Below, piece by piece: positions 1 to 13,590 of a stretch of 64,000 bases of DNA. Under the pieces are notes generated by a model. The model ran no database searches and was not told the origin of the DNA. It saw only the letters and a list, made by a program, of their open reading frames with translations. The position numbers and the translations under genes were made by a program. This DNA is from Octopus sinensis. Lineage: Eukaryota. The stretch spans positions 17,794,001 to 17,858,000 of the forward strand of contig NC_043021.1 of the NCBI RefSeq assembly GCF_006345805.1, in the 5' to 3' direction. Every line of letters starts with the position of its first letter. Within the stretch, counting starts at the first letter, position 1.

Positions 1-290
1 GGGTTGGGTCAATAACTCAGGTTAAGTAGTAACATATTAAATATTCGCTTATAGTAAGATGGTGCTGTGGTAGGTAGTTGCTCGTGTCGAACTAGTACCC
101 GGAACTAAATTACTCTGACCTGATATTAGCATGTGAATAAACATTAAAAATTGAGGATGAAGAGTGAATCATAGTGAGAGGGTGTCGGAGAAGTCTTAAT
201 AAAAAGAGCAATAGTTAGAAAAGTTTGAGAAGTATTGGACTCTTGAAAGCTTAAGTTTGTAAAAGGAACTTAGTAAAAATTACCAGTAGT
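1..290 (-). mobile_element. Degenerate LINE endonuclease fragment (CR1-like)
   Basis: Broken minus-strand translation FSDTLSL..HP..HANI..LT*VIDPT resembles the APE segment (..HANI..LTQIVDFPT). Stops and frameshifts are present. Confidence 0.3.
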
Positions 291-429
291 TATTTCAACT
301 GCACACACAAACACACACACATACATGATATAAAAGGCCATAAATTGATAAAATCAGAAAAGTGTACGATGAAGCACCAAACTAGATTGTTTCCACATAC
401 ACTAATACAACTAAATTAACATAATAATG

Positions 430-850
430 TTAGGCCAGTATAAGAAATATTTTGAAAAGGATTACAAAAGCAGAAACATAGATTGTATGTAATAAACCAT
501 TAAATCGATCATTTCTGAAGAATACGCACACAATCTCCTTAGCCAATGATGAAGTCACTGACTTCACCCAATCTGCTAGAAGTAGCAGCTGAATTTCCTT
601 CAAGTCACATGTCATATTCAACAAGACTTACACAGTAGATAGTGTAATCCTAGTTAGATTATGTCTGTGGCTAGATAGTCTATTGACTATTGATCTGTTT
701 GATTGTGGTTGAGCTGGAACTAAACAAGATCCCTTACTATTAACATACCAACCTCTCTCTCCTACATTACAACGAATTTGATTACTGCAACAAGTATTCC
801 AAGGTCCTCTGTAACCCTTTAAAGCCAAGACAGAACTTCTATCTACAGGA
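430..850 (-). mobile_element. Degenerate CR1/L2-like LINE ORF2 C-terminal fragment
   Basis: Minus frames give TEDLGILV..IKF (cf. EKDLGVLV..LKF) and LKEIQLLLL (cf. LKELNL.SL), with many stops. Confidence 0.35.
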
Positions 851-1524
851 TCTTAAAATGCTAGAAATAGCAGCCAAATCTCTCTCTCTCTCTCTCTCTC
901 ATATCACCACTTCTTAATTAAAAAGATAATCGATAAGTTTGATAAAGAAATAGCTGGAATATCTCTGGGTATAGATTTGCTTCATCATAGCTGACCTAGG
1001 ATTAAACAATTCCATTAGTTTCTCCACTACACACACACACACCCTGGATGAGGCAATAAAACAGGTCAATTATTCAAACTTGCCCAAGCATCATCATCAT
1101 CATGATACTGTTTTGGTCATTGGGGATGCTAGCAGCCCCATGGACTGGTTTAAATTATCCAAAATATGTAATCTTCAACTCAGACATTATTGTTGTAAGT
1201 CCTAGGGCAAATAGTGATGGCTACCTACTTTCCAGGACATCTAAATGACTTAGGTTGCAACAATGTTCCTCCAGAACAGGATGCCAGTAAAGCAGGGTTA
1301 CTCATTTGCAGTTGAATGGACTGGAGCAGTATGAAATGTTTGCTTCAGGGGAAAAAACACACACATGCACCACCCAGTCCAGCAACCAAAATTATGATGT
1401 CACAGTTGTGAATGCAACACCCTAGGCACTTAGCCACATGACCTCGGTAATACAAGAATGAAAAAAGAATAAAAATCGATGGAAGCTGTTAAACAATTTG
1501 TAGAAAAGAATAAGAAGTGTTTAC

Positions 1525-1633
1525 CTTTCAATAAGATTATGAAGGGCTTTGAAGAGAAGTGTCCGACATTCATAGGATAAGCCATTGTCCTTGTCTTTGT
1601 CTTTATCTTTATCCCAACAGCCTTTGTCAATTT
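1525..1633 (-). CDS. MED13: Internal coding exon of Mediator of RNA polymerase II transcription subunit 13 (CDK8 module; skuld/MED13/MED13L family), N-terminal region
   Basis: On the minus strand a poly-T acceptor (ttttttttgtgttctttccag) and a donor (GAAAG|gtaaac) bound 109 nt, phase 1 to phase 2. The exon reads (E)[35 protein letters not shown](R), matching the MED13 motif [23 protein letters not shown] recalled from human. The ORF track shows a different frame here. Confidence 0.95.
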
Positions 1634-4600
1634 CTGGAAAGAACACAAAAAAAAAAGAAATTAAGATTTTAAAACAATAAAACTTTACTAACATAAAATA
1701 TTTCTATCTCGTTGCTATGTTTATTGTCAATAAACAGGAAGTGAAAATAAGTACAACAGTTTTTATATTTACAAAACAATTTTTTGTTTTATGTCTATAA
1801 GATATTTTATGAAAAACAAGAGAAAAGGGCAACAATGTCTTCTGAGAGAATTTGGTAAATGGAAATTGTGGGGGGAAGTCCGTTGTGCGTATGCGTGTGT
1901 GTGTGTGTGTGTGTGTTGGGGGAGGGTGTATCAAAAAGATCAAAGTGTAGTAAACAGAAGAAAATCATTTACTAGTAAGAAATTTTTCTGAGTCTCCATG
2001 ACATTATCAGAATTTCTAAAATAATAAGATAGGCAATATAGAAAATATGGTTCAGCACTCAAACAGAATAATTTACAAATACTTCAATGATTGATGCTTG
2101 AAACTGAAAATTTCACCATGGCTGACCTACTTCTATCATTGACAAAAGCAGGTAAGATATTTTATAAAAGTGATGGTGTTCCATTAGCTGGAATTCGCCA
2201 CCAGTTTATTGAACAAGAAACCACCTCAGCTCCCCACAATTGTCTTAAATGTCTATTTATATAGGGAACCAAAACACAAGAGCCTCGGTCTGTCATCAAA
2301 CTAAGGTTCCTGTTCAGTCAACTGAACAAATATTGTTCATATTCAGAACAAACAGTAAACTACAAACGAAGAACACAAGAAGATAATAATACCAGCAAAA
2401 CCAGTAATTTGTATCCAAAACAAGACACTCCATACACCGTATGATAAGTATAGACTTGGTGACTAATGATATGTCATCAACAAGAGCTAACTAGATGAAA
2501 CTACAACTTCCTTTTTCTAGGATCAGAAATAGAAGAATATATCATCTCTCAATGAGGCATTATCCCAGATACATATGTTAGAACTTAAAAACTCACTGCA
2601 GCATGAATAAAGCAAATAGCATCGTACAGAAGGGGGAGGAGCAGGAACTGTTGAGAAGAGAGTGGTGTTAGCCTGGTTGCCTACACACTGGTTTATTTAC
2701 TTGGCATAGGGAAATATCAATTTATCTTTCAGAGGTTCTGTTCCACATTGCAAACGGTAATACAGAAATGGAATGGAAGATATGAGAGAAAAGAAATAAA
2801 GTCTGAAATTATGATTAGAAAAACAAAGAAGAAAAAAAAAGGGGGGAAAAGGAAAACCTAAAGAAAGCATGCCAGTTATCTAGCATAGAGACAATTGCAG
2901 TCATGTGGAATTTTACAATTATTGCCATATAATTCCAATATAAACTTGAAAAAAAAAAGGGGGGGGTGAAAGAGACAGTGGAAATATATTGATTCTCTGA
3001 GCAAGTTAAAGACAAAATTAATGCAACATTAAAAGGGGGAGGGGGGAGAGAAAGACAAGCTAAGTATTGGTTTTTCTGCAAGTCTTCACTTATTTTTGTT
3101 TAATTTTCTTTTATAAATTAAACTGTAGATGTGTTTCTCTAAGCAATTCAGATGTCAATCTTATTTGGGCTTGCTTATACTTCATAAAATTGTATTCAAT
3201 TTAGTTTGCAAAAATAATTCCAATAAGTGTTTTGTGAAATTAATTATTCCTTATTAATTCATTCTTGGTAAATGAATAAAAACTAAATATTTTCTATTTT
3301 ACTTATTTTTGTAAATATTTCAATTATATACACAAAAATTATAAACTTTTACTACTTATTTTTAAATTTATTTAAATCTATTATGTTGTTCTTGTTTAGT
3401 TTCTGGAAAGGAATATAAAAGCGGCAAATGCCCTAGAAAATGGTAACATCCCTAAAATAAGACATATTGTCAAGTAAGCGTCACTAATTGAATGTAAATA
3501 TATACAAGACTCTGCAAAAAAAACTAATTGTATATTCAAAACATTGGAAATACATTAAAAAACAGAAAAACCATTAAATAATAGAATAAAATATTCTACA
3601 AGATCCAATAAAACAATACTTTATCAGTCTGTCAGCCAATTCCATTAATACTTGGTTAACCAATACAAAAATAATAATATAATGGTTTCAAATTTTGGTA
3701 CAAGGCTAGCAATTTTAGGGAAGTAGGTAAATCAATAACATTGACCACAGTGCTTGACTTATTTCTCTTATCAACTCTAAAAGGACGAAAGGTGAAGTTG
3801 ATCTCAGTAGCATCTGAACTCAAAATGTACAAAGCCAGAAAAAAATGCTACTAAGCATTTTGTCCAAGGCACTAAGAATTATGCCAGCTTGCTGCTTTAT
3901 ACTGTTTCCAATTTTGGTACAGGATCAGCAGTTTTAGGGAGAAGGGAATTAATGAATTACATTGACCCCCATTTTTTGTTCCCAAAAAATGAAAAGCAAA
4001 AGTTAACCTTAGAACATAAATAGCTGAAAGGAAAGCTTCTAAGCATTTTGTTTGAGGAGCTCAAATTGACCCCAATCTTCAGTAGGTATTTATTTTATGG
4101 ACTCCGAAAGGACTTTGGCAGTGACCAGGTGAATCAACAAAGACTGAGGGCATGCTATTAGTTGGCCTGCTAGAAATAGAAGCTAAATCTCCCTCAAATC
4201 ATACCCAGTTGTTTTAAAAAAAGAAAAGACACTTGAATATAGTAGTCTTAGTTACACATAGACACTGGTGCAGTGAAGGCTGCAACGCTTTTACTCATAG
4301 GTCTACAAGTCAGGGGAGATTTGGGGCTAAACAACAAGCTCGGTCATTCAACTGTTAAAATTCTACTCATAAATAAATTTTAAGAACTAACAACTAACAT
4401 TTCAAAGAAAAAGACAATAAAATCAAAAGGCGTATTATTATTATTTATCTAAATAAAGCAAATATTATGTATGTCAATAAAACAAATCAATAAAATATTT
4501 TCAATGTTTTCAGATGATATTAAGAGAGGAAACCCAAAGGAAGTCTATTTTGATAATAAAAGAATTGAGAATGAAAGCGGGTTTTCAACAAATGCGTAAT

Positions 4601-5400
4601 GAAGTAATTTAGTTGTTTGAGAGAGAGAGACAGAGAGAGAGAGAGACAGAGAGAGACAGAGAGTAGCCATCTCACTGGCTGGTCTAGCAGAGTGAGTTTA
4701 ATCTCCTTAGAAGAACAACTATAAATAACCAATGCCTGCTCTACTTATTTCTGTACCTCTGAACACTGGGACAATGCCAGAATGCTGTACATACTGAGAA
4801 ATCTGTAATTATTCAAGTCATTAATGTCTAGCTAATTAAAAAATGATACTCAGAGAAAAACAACTGAGGTTTTAAGTAAATACTGTGAAGAGCGAAAAGA
4901 AAAACATATTGGTTTTCAATTCTCTTATACATACACACATTAAACTAATTCTTGGATTTAGAATCAAATTTCAAAACTATAAAATAAAAATCTAGGGTAT
5001 GCTGCTCCAATAACACCTTTAGTAATAATATACTAGCAACTAAATAGTATCTTTTAGTCATTCATTAATATCCTCATCATCATTATTTTACATCTGCTTT
5101 TTACGCTGGTATGGGTTGTACAGGCTATGTGATTAGAGTCAGCAAATATTTGAAATCCTGGGATAGAAGACAACACTTTGCATTTCAGTTTTGATTTGAT
5201 TTCTACAGCTAGATACTCTTCCTAACACCTACTGCTTTACAAAATGTAATGGGGTACTTTTTTCTTTTTTCCATGGCACCAGCATTAGAGGGGTAGCCAG
5301 AACCACAACACCATACAATAATAATGATATCTGCATTTGTGTCATGACTTACACAGGCTCAGTTTTGAATAAATAACGCTATTCCATTCTACCTGTACTC

Positions 5401-5695
5401 TCTTTTACTGGTTTCAGTCATTTGACAGTGGGCATACTGGAGCACTGCCTTTAGTTGAACGAATTGACCCCAGGTCTTATTCTTTGTAAGCTTAGTACTT
5501 ATTCTATCAGACTCTTTTGCTGAACCGCTAAGTTACAGGGATGTAAACACCAGCATTGGTTGTCAAGTGATGTTGAGGGGACAAACACAGACACACACAA
5601 CAGGCTTCTTTCAGTTTCAGTTTACCAAATCCGCTCATAAGGCTTTGGTCGTCCTGAGGCTATGGAAGACACTTGCCCAAGGTGCCACACAGTGT
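5401..5695 (-). mobile_element. tRNA-derived SINE, family A (partial copy)
   Basis: Reverse complement of the copy at 14330-14730. Confidence 0.85.
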
Positions 5696-5829
5696 TCAAT
5701 ATAATTTTTTCAGGTTAATTACAATTCACACCAGTAGAAAGTCATATAATGTTTATAACTGTGTATTCATACACAAAGTGATTGCTTCCGCATACCTAAA
5801 AGTACGACAACACACCCTTTATTGTTTAC

Positions 5830-6185
5830 CTTTTACATGCTTCAGTCATTGAAATGCAGCCAAGCTGGGACCCCACTTTGAAATGTTTAGTCAAACAAAT
5901 TGCACCCCAGCATTATTTTAAAATCTGGTAATTATTCTAGCTGCCCCTTATGGCAAACTGCTAGGTTACAAGGATATAAACAAACCAGCATCAGTTGTCA
6001 AGTGGTGGTGGGGGAACGCACACACTCGTGCGCTTCCTTCAGTTTTCCTCTACCAACCCACTTATAAGTCTTTGATCAGCCCAGGGCTACAGTAAAAGAC
6101 ACCTGCCTAAAGTGTCATGTAGTGGGACTGAACCTAGACCCACATAGTTGGGAAGTAAACATCTTAGCCCACAACCACACCTACA
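5830..6185 (-). mobile_element. SINE family A, older copy
   Basis: Diverged match to 14330-14730 in reverse orientation. Confidence 0.75.
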
Positions 6186-8212
6186 TATCTTGTATTGAGT
6201 TCTATTTCTCCTGTTTGTGTCTGTGTGTCTGCAGACCAGCCTTCGTATTCCACAGGCCCCACCCACCCACTAGGAATGCCCAGTGCTTCTTTGCACAACT
6301 GCCATCCTTCATACCTGTATATATTTCTGATTACTCTTATACCTGGTTTTGTTTTTTCTCAACTCATTTGTGCCCCACTGTTCATGTGCATGTATACATA
6401 CACACCCTTATATGTACACGGAGGAAAAAACAATGAAATCAAATGAAATATAATAGTGAACAGTGATACTCTCATCCACATAAGTGGACAATGAAATGTT
6501 TTTAACTAGGAAAGTTTACTCAAGCCTTTTGAGGTTTTGCTTGACAAAGATAACCAACATCAAATGGCTTTGGCTATTATTGTCTGTGTAAGACCTGGTT
6601 ACATGGTAGGCCAATTCTAAAACACAGCAGGTGGTTTGGGCCTCACCCCCTCTATCAAAAAAATGTGACCAATTTCAATTAATTTCTCTGGCAAAAAATT
6701 TCAAACACACACAGAGCTTCATAGTTATCATTCATAAACAGGTGTAACCTGGTAGCATGTACCATGCTTTTTAGATGCCTATTTCAGTTGTAAGCCGACA
6801 CAGCCACCCTTCTCAGACCCTCCCACCCTTAAAAGTAGAAACACTGATGGCCTTACAGCTGAAGGGAGGAAAAACTGCACCAGTAAGCACTCCTGGATAC
6901 TTATTTTCAGTTGAGTAGATGAGAACAAAGTGGAGTGAAACACCTTGCTCAAACTATGCTATCCAACACCCTAACCACTAAGCCATGTGCCTTCACATCA
7001 CCATCATTATTATTATACATGTCAATACTAATGATTACTTATTATAAAGTTTTATTTACTCTGATAATTAAATGTATGAAACTGAACTTTTGTTACAAAC
7101 ACAACTAGCCTTGACACTAATTAAGAGTGAGGTAATGTGTGTTAAGAAGTGTTATTAAAATCAATGATGTCTTTGTTGTATAATTTCAAAACAAATTGTT
7201 GAAATGGCAGATTTGTAAGAATACAGAGCAATAATCTGAGCCAAAACATTATTTGAGACTCTGAAAGGTAGTAGAAATTTAAAGCAGGCAACCAGTGATT
7301 GGTTCATTGAAAACCTGGAATAACTCCACTGTTCACAAATGATTTGACATAAAAATGGATAATATTTTTTTTAAAAAAAGATCAATATTCCAACAAGGTG
7401 TATCTAATAAAAAGAAGTTAATTAATGGAAAAAAAAAAAATTCGAAACGATTTTTCGATAGAAGATAAAAAAAACCATTAAAATCTCAGCTGGAGTACTG
7501 TTAGCTGATTTGGTATATTGGGGGATATATGAACAAGATATTTCTGTAGCTTTAAATCCACATCAAGTTCATCTAAAATACCCAAAAGGTATTTTACGTA
7601 TCAGAAGGGGACTACTTTGAAGGAGAATAGACGCTGAATTGACGTGGGTTGTAGTTTTCTTTTCATAACACCAGTCCCAATAATTTTTGATCAGACCTCA
7701 TACAATATTTGCATTCACCCTTCAACATTGTCTCAGATCTAAACTCCAACAGGAACAACTTTTTGCTCCTGTCATCCTGCCAAGAAAATAAGTACCAGTA
7801 ATACAATGGTGTTGATTCTCTTCTGCAAAACTTGGCCAAATTTCTTAAAATTACTGTTGTAACACACATATCGCAACCAGTAATAATAGCTCTTCTTCTA
7901 TCATTTATTTTCGATGTTAACACAAATATTTCCCTCCTACACATACCATCACCACCATACTTTCTTCTCCTTCAATCCCAGTTATGTCAGGTCAACTATT
8001 TATTATTCCTATTCCAAATTTCTTTATTAGCTGACATCTGTCCCCCACCGCCACCACCACCACCACTCACAACATTTGTTACAGTAGTTCTCATCAAATG
8101 CTTAACTTCAATATCGTCTCCCTACCAGCTTTCAACCTCCTCCAACAAATAAAAAACACCCCAAGAATGCATTTCCACTAGCACATCATTTTAAACAGTC
8201 AGTATCATATGT

Positions 8213-8259
<47 letters not shown>

Positions 8260-9116
8260 CGTGTTTCAGAAGAAACTTCTCAGATCACATTATTTTACTC
8301 CATTCACATTTCTTCTTCTGTTTACTTTCATCCCCACTTCTCTAGTTTCTATCACCTGTTTGTACGCCTTCCAAAAAAAAACCCAACCAAATCCATTATT
8401 AATTCTAATTTAGTAATACATAAACATGCCACAAATAGTTTTGATTCAATTTAAAAATCAAGGAATGATAATTCCTTGTTGTCCTAAAGCTCATGAAAGT
8501 ATGCAATTAAACCCCCCCCTCTCTCCCTCTCTCCAGCTTTGCCATTTAAACAAGTCACTGTAATAGCAAAGTTAACACTGCACATGACCCAATTGTCAGA
8601 TTGCCTTCTCTCAACCCTCCACCCCAGAATTAATATACAATGGGTTCATACAGTTCACATCATCTATCCCCTTAAGAGATTGTTTACTCTAAACTATTAT
8701 TCATTAATGCTGTTTTAACAAGATCTTTCTCAAATCACAGCTTCACTTACGGTTGATGGCAACAAGCAGAAGAAATAGATATTGAAAATGTCATCTAAAT
8801 ATTGATTCATCTTGTAGAAAGCCTAAAGACGTTTAGTCAGCATGAGGTGGCTGATGTAACATGGAGAGCAGTCAAAAACACGGCTCTGTATATCATTATT
8901 AATTGTGAAAAGAATTTGATGGAGCAGTGATAACGTTACACAAATACAACATGGCTCCACAGACAAATTTGTCAGTTGTCAACGTTGAAAGAATAATTGG
9001 CTCAGCACACTAAAAAGAAACTGTTTGCATTGTTCAAACAGGTATACACACACGAGCATAAAAAGGACAACACGGGAGGGGCACATTTTAACAAATGTAT
9101 TAGTTTAACACTAACA

Positions 9117-9158
<42 letters not shown>

Positions 9159-9356
9159 TTATGTCAATAAATGTTATGTGCATAGGCAATGTTGCTACAT
9201 CAGTTCTACAAGTTAGTTTGGCAACAGATGTAGCAAGCAAGGACACATCTGATCAAACCAAATGAACAGGTCATTCAGAAATGCCATGCATTTATAGCCT
9301 TTACATTATTTTAAGTAGTAACGTGTGGAAGAGTAATGGGCAATAAAGGTTCAAGA

Positions 9357-9586
9357 TTAACCCTTTTGTGACCATATTTCTGTTGGGATGCTTTGTGTTT
9401 CTTTCAATTAATTCTAAATATAACAAAGAATTTAGTAAAATAACTTCGTTATCATTAAGCTAGTGTTAGGAATACAAATTGTGACTAAGGTTTGATAAAA
9501 GATTTTAATTCAGAATTTTTAAAAACAAGGCATTTGTACTACAGAGCCAGAGGCGGTTTCAGGTGGGTTGGTATCAAAAGGGTTAA
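9357..9586. mobile_element. piggyBac-like MITE, family 1
   Basis: Termini TTAA-CCCTTT...AAAGGG-TTAA; internal sequence shared with 21309-21528 and 35677-35907. Confidence 0.8.
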
Positions 9587-9959
9587 GGTTTGTTACTTGT
9601 GGCAAAAAGGGATTCATTGAATAAAAGAATATATGTTCACCTTAAACATAAAGTACAACATAGTACAACAGTTCGTGAAAATATTATATAAAAACATACA
9701 ATTTATGTGGACGGTTATATTTATTTGTATTTCTACTCAGAATTTAGCTAACTAAATGACCTATCAATGTTTCAATAAGGGTATGATAGCAGCTGAATGT
9801 CTTTGATGAACATGTCAGGGAAATGAATAGAGAGGGGGATATAAAGACATAGTTGTAGATGTGATACAACTACTAACATTATACACACATGCATGCATAC
9901 ATTACACATACATGTATAATCATACATACAAAAGCAATCAAACATTAAACTGGAGAATT

Positions 9960-11400
9960 GGTCAGCATAGTAACATATCTGTGCATGTGCATTTTGTGTG
10001 CATGGATCTCCGCCAATTTTAACAAGAAATGTATTCCCCTGATGTCCAATCACCTGAACTGCCTCCTCACAGAATGAAGAGTGTAAATGGCTGAATACTC
10101 CACAACCAGTTGTACTTTTAATGTAATCCTTGCTTAGAATAAGCATGAAACAGTGTGTGACAAGGCCAGCCTTACAGTTGTACTCCATCCATCAAGCTTC
10201 CAGTTTCCATCAACTCAATTTCACCCCCCCCCACACACACACACGCACACACTTCTTGTGTAGATTCCCTGTCAGTTTTCCATGATAAACATTGTTGTTT
10301 GGCCAATTAAATACCCGCTCATTACCACCTAAACAGCAGAGTACTAGGAAGTGGACCACAGAGTCTGTTATATATATAAGGACCTTGAGAAACTCAGTTT
10401 ACATTATCGCTGTACCTTTAAAAGCATCGCTGCTGACAAGTACAGGGACAAATACAGTTGTAGATCACACACAACAAGAATCCTTTCTGATTGTACCTGG
10501 ACCAGACAGCTGGAAAACAAAACTTTCTTTGACTTAATTGAGGTTATGCTTTGGCAGAAAAGGCCACGAAAGGTTTTCAGGCTTGGGTCTGGGTTATTCA
10601 AGTAGAAAATCATGTCGCCTCTGTTAAAGTGGCCGGTGAAAAATCTTTAAAACTGAAGTAAAGGACCTCTAAAAAGGTTTTTTCTTGTGTCAACTGTACC
10701 TTGTTAGGGTCAGAGAATGCTAGCTCTGCAGGAATTTTTCACGACATAATCCTGCTCAATGTTCAATACTTCTTCACTGAAGTCTAAGCACAAGGGACAT
10801 ATTTCAAAGAACTAACCAGCAGTGATACTGTAGGTCATCAGTGTTAAAAGACCATTGCTGACTTAGTTGCTCACCGGATTTTTCTAAAACAGTTCAGTTG
10901 ACATGCACTTCTGAACCTCTCATTACTCAATCAACGGTGTATAACCTGAAGTTATGATATCAATGGTTGAAGTTAATAAAGAAATACTGTGAACCAGAAT
11001 TCAAGGTAAAACACTACCTCTACTGACATTTCCTCATGACCTCCTCCTGACACTTGTACAAATATTCCTCTCGATATTCCTCTTCCTAACAAACATTCGT
11101 CTGCTAAAATACAATTCAGTCAGATGTGTGGGTTTGCTACCTTGGCCTCGCTAAAAATTAATCCAACCAAAGCTTTCTCTAATCTATCACCAAATTTTAA
11201 ATCAGTAGTTATGAAATCTCATAAATTTAAATCAATGTGATACCAGCTCGGGGAAGCCATCATTGAGCCAAAGTGACTCACCATGGCGAACATGAGTACA
11301 ACAAGTCGTTAACGGGTAATAGCAAAAGGAGGTTAGTAGTTGACTACAACAACGCTATTAATAAATTCCCCTACTTCAGATGCTTACCTGCTGCCTAATT
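9960..11400 (-). mobile_element. Decayed DIRS-like tyrosine-recombinase retrotransposon remnant
   Basis: Minus-strand fragments occur in DIRS order: PPFAI..VVL..PSWYH.DLNL, LGRGISR, PDPSLK, ILVVCDLQLYLS, GPLPSTLLFRW, STTGCG and DWTSGE. Many stops and frameshifts; motif comparison is from memory. Confidence 0.45.
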
Positions 11401-11665
11401 TAGATGGCAGTTAAACAAAATATCTTCTTACAAGGTATTTATCATATTCACTTGAATACAATACAATAAAATATAATGCAACCGTCACTTTTTGAAGAGA
11501 AAAATCTGTAATAATTTTTTTTTTTAATCTCCTTATATAAGAAATAAACTCTGAGTCTAACTGATTATTATTGTTAATAATCTCCAAGAAACCAACATAA
11601 TATCACTAAAAATTCTAAGGCTTTAAATTTAAATTTTATACTGCAGGCAATATGGCTGTTACACC

Positions 11666-11703
<38 letters not shown>

Positions 11704-12679
11704 ATAAAGGTATTTGCTGAAGATATTTTTTCCCCTCTTCTAGCCTACATCAGTAATGTAACTTCCATGTTTTAAACTGTAACCTTTTAAAATTAATTAC
11801 TTTCCAATAATGGAGTCTATAACCACATATCACCAGTGTGCTAATAGAATTAACAATTACCATTAGATGTATTCACTATGCATATGGTGTTCCAGAGCTG
11901 CAGGCTATGAACTGTATACATCAGTCATTAGATATCTCATGGCTACTGCTTTCAGTATCTTCATTTTCGCAGGTTTGTTGTTGTTCTTACACACAAATAT
12001 AATGCTACTTCTGCTAATGTTGACCCTGATTCTTTTATATTAAATTTCTCACATTTTCTCTTTTTCTAAGAAATTATAGAAAATCTTTGTTTGTGAAAAA
12101 AAAATTGCAAAGTATGAACACCTATTTAATAGATAATGTCATTGTATATGTAATACCAAAGGAGAACATAACAAAAATTTCTCTAAATTCTTAAAAAGTT
12201 GCTCATAAATCTGAACAACATCTCATGTAAATTTTTAACTCTATCTTTGCTCTAGGTTACCAAATTAACCAAAAATGAATTGCATCCTGGCCCTCTCACT
12301 TTACTGCTCTTGAAGAAATACCCATGTACTTATATCCATTTTACCATGGGTTAAGATACCACCACAACAAAGGACTTAGCCCCAACAGAAGATATCTCAG
12401 GAAAGGCTGGGGCTAGATATGACAAGATGTCCTAACTGAAAGTAGTGAGATGCCTTGACAAGTCTACTCTAACTCCTGACAAAGGTTCCCTACACAGCAA
12501 CCTGATCGAACCCTTTTGAACCAATACTTATGTCCTATGCGCTTTAAGTCATGCTACTCAACTCATATCAAAGGACCTACTGAAAATATGAAAGCTATGA
12601 CAATACTGAATATTTTGTATTGTACAATTACACGAAAATTTTCTAATAAATAAAATTGCAAGTACATGGAACTGGCATT

Positions 12680-12985
12680 CCATCGGGGTTCAAGTTGATC
12701 AAATCAATCAAACAGCCAGCTTATGAAATTAACGTGCAAGTGGCTGAGTACTTCACAGACACATGTACAGTTGATATAGTTCTCAGGGAGATTCAGTGTG
12801 ACACAGAATGTGACAAGGCTGGCCCCCTTTGAATTACAGGTACTATTCATTTTTACCAACTGAGTGGACTGGAGTAACATAAAATAAAGTGTCTTGATCA
12901 AGGACACAACGCACTACCAGGAATTGAACTCATGACCTTACAATCTTGAGCCAAATACCATAACCACTAAACCTGGTGCCTTTAC
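12680..12985 (-). mobile_element. tRNA-derived SINE, family C
   Basis: Similar to 25625-25915; head carries a B-box-like gagttcaattcc on the minus strand. Confidence 0.8.
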
Positions 12986-13064
12986 CTGTAAAGTACATAG
13001 GGTTTATATTTTGGGAGAAGGTGGCAAGTGAAATAATTTTATGTAATTAATGCTATAGTGGAGA

Positions 13065-13330
13065 TGTGTGGCCAAGTGTTTACAGTGTTGCATTCATAAT
13101 TGCAAGATCAGGGGTTTGATCCCCAGGCTGGGCAATTCATTGTGGTATTGAGCAAAACATTTCATTCCACATTTCTTTCAATCCTCTCAGCTGTAAATAA
13201 GGTCCTGCAATAATTGGGGCAGTTAACACTGCAACTGGCTGGCATCCCATTCAAGAGGGAGTTTTCTAACCTCAATCACAAATACACCGTGAAAACTGGG
13301 TGAAGCTTCGGCCTTATGAACTCTGATGCA
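13065..13330 (+). mobile_element. SINE family C-related copy, inverted relative to 12680-12985
   Basis: Head tgtggccaagtg...ggtttgatcccc; body similar to 31395-31680 and 62700-62900. Confidence 0.65.
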
Positions 13331-13371
13331 TACGACAACCACTTAATGTTACATTGTAATCGCAGGAAAAA

Positions 13372-13590
13372 GGCAGCGAACTGGCAGAATCGGCACGTTG
13401 GGCGAAATGCTTTGTGGCCTCTTCATCTGTCTGCATGTTCTGAGTTCAAATTCCGTCATGGTTGACTTTGCCTTTCATCTTTTCGAGGTCAATAAACTAA
13501 GAACCAGTGAAACACCAGGGTTGATTTAATCGACTGGTCCCCTCTCCCATAATTTCAGGCCTTGTGCCTGCCCTGCAGTAGAAAGGATTA
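13372..13590 (+). mobile_element. SINE family B
   Basis: ggcagcgaactggcagaa...gagttcaaattcc...gactttgcctttcatc, homologous to the young copies at 18898 and 49324. Confidence 0.8.

Noticed and set aside
1-290. Possible NUMT
   Set aside because: No open mitochondrial-code frame; better explained as decayed LINE endonuclease.
1430-1648. ORF-track protein MCSFQKLTKAVGIK...
   Set aside because: It is an alternative frame over the real MED13 exon; two open frames in 109 nt is unremarkable.
2118-2264. Plus-strand caccATGG start with MADLLLSLTKAG|gtaaga donor
   Set aside because: Antisense to MED13, with no downstream exon or recognisable homology; probably chance or a repeat remnant.
2699-2790. 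Minus frame FLYYRLQCGTEPLKDKLIFPYA, loosely like the end of MED13 exon 2
   Set aside because: The donor is phase 2, incompatible with the phase-1 acceptor at 1633, and the WIFW motif is absent.
12981-12995. tactttacag|gtaaag zero-length recursive-splice-like site
   Set aside because: It lies at a SINE boundary and has a weak donor and a short pyrimidine tract.
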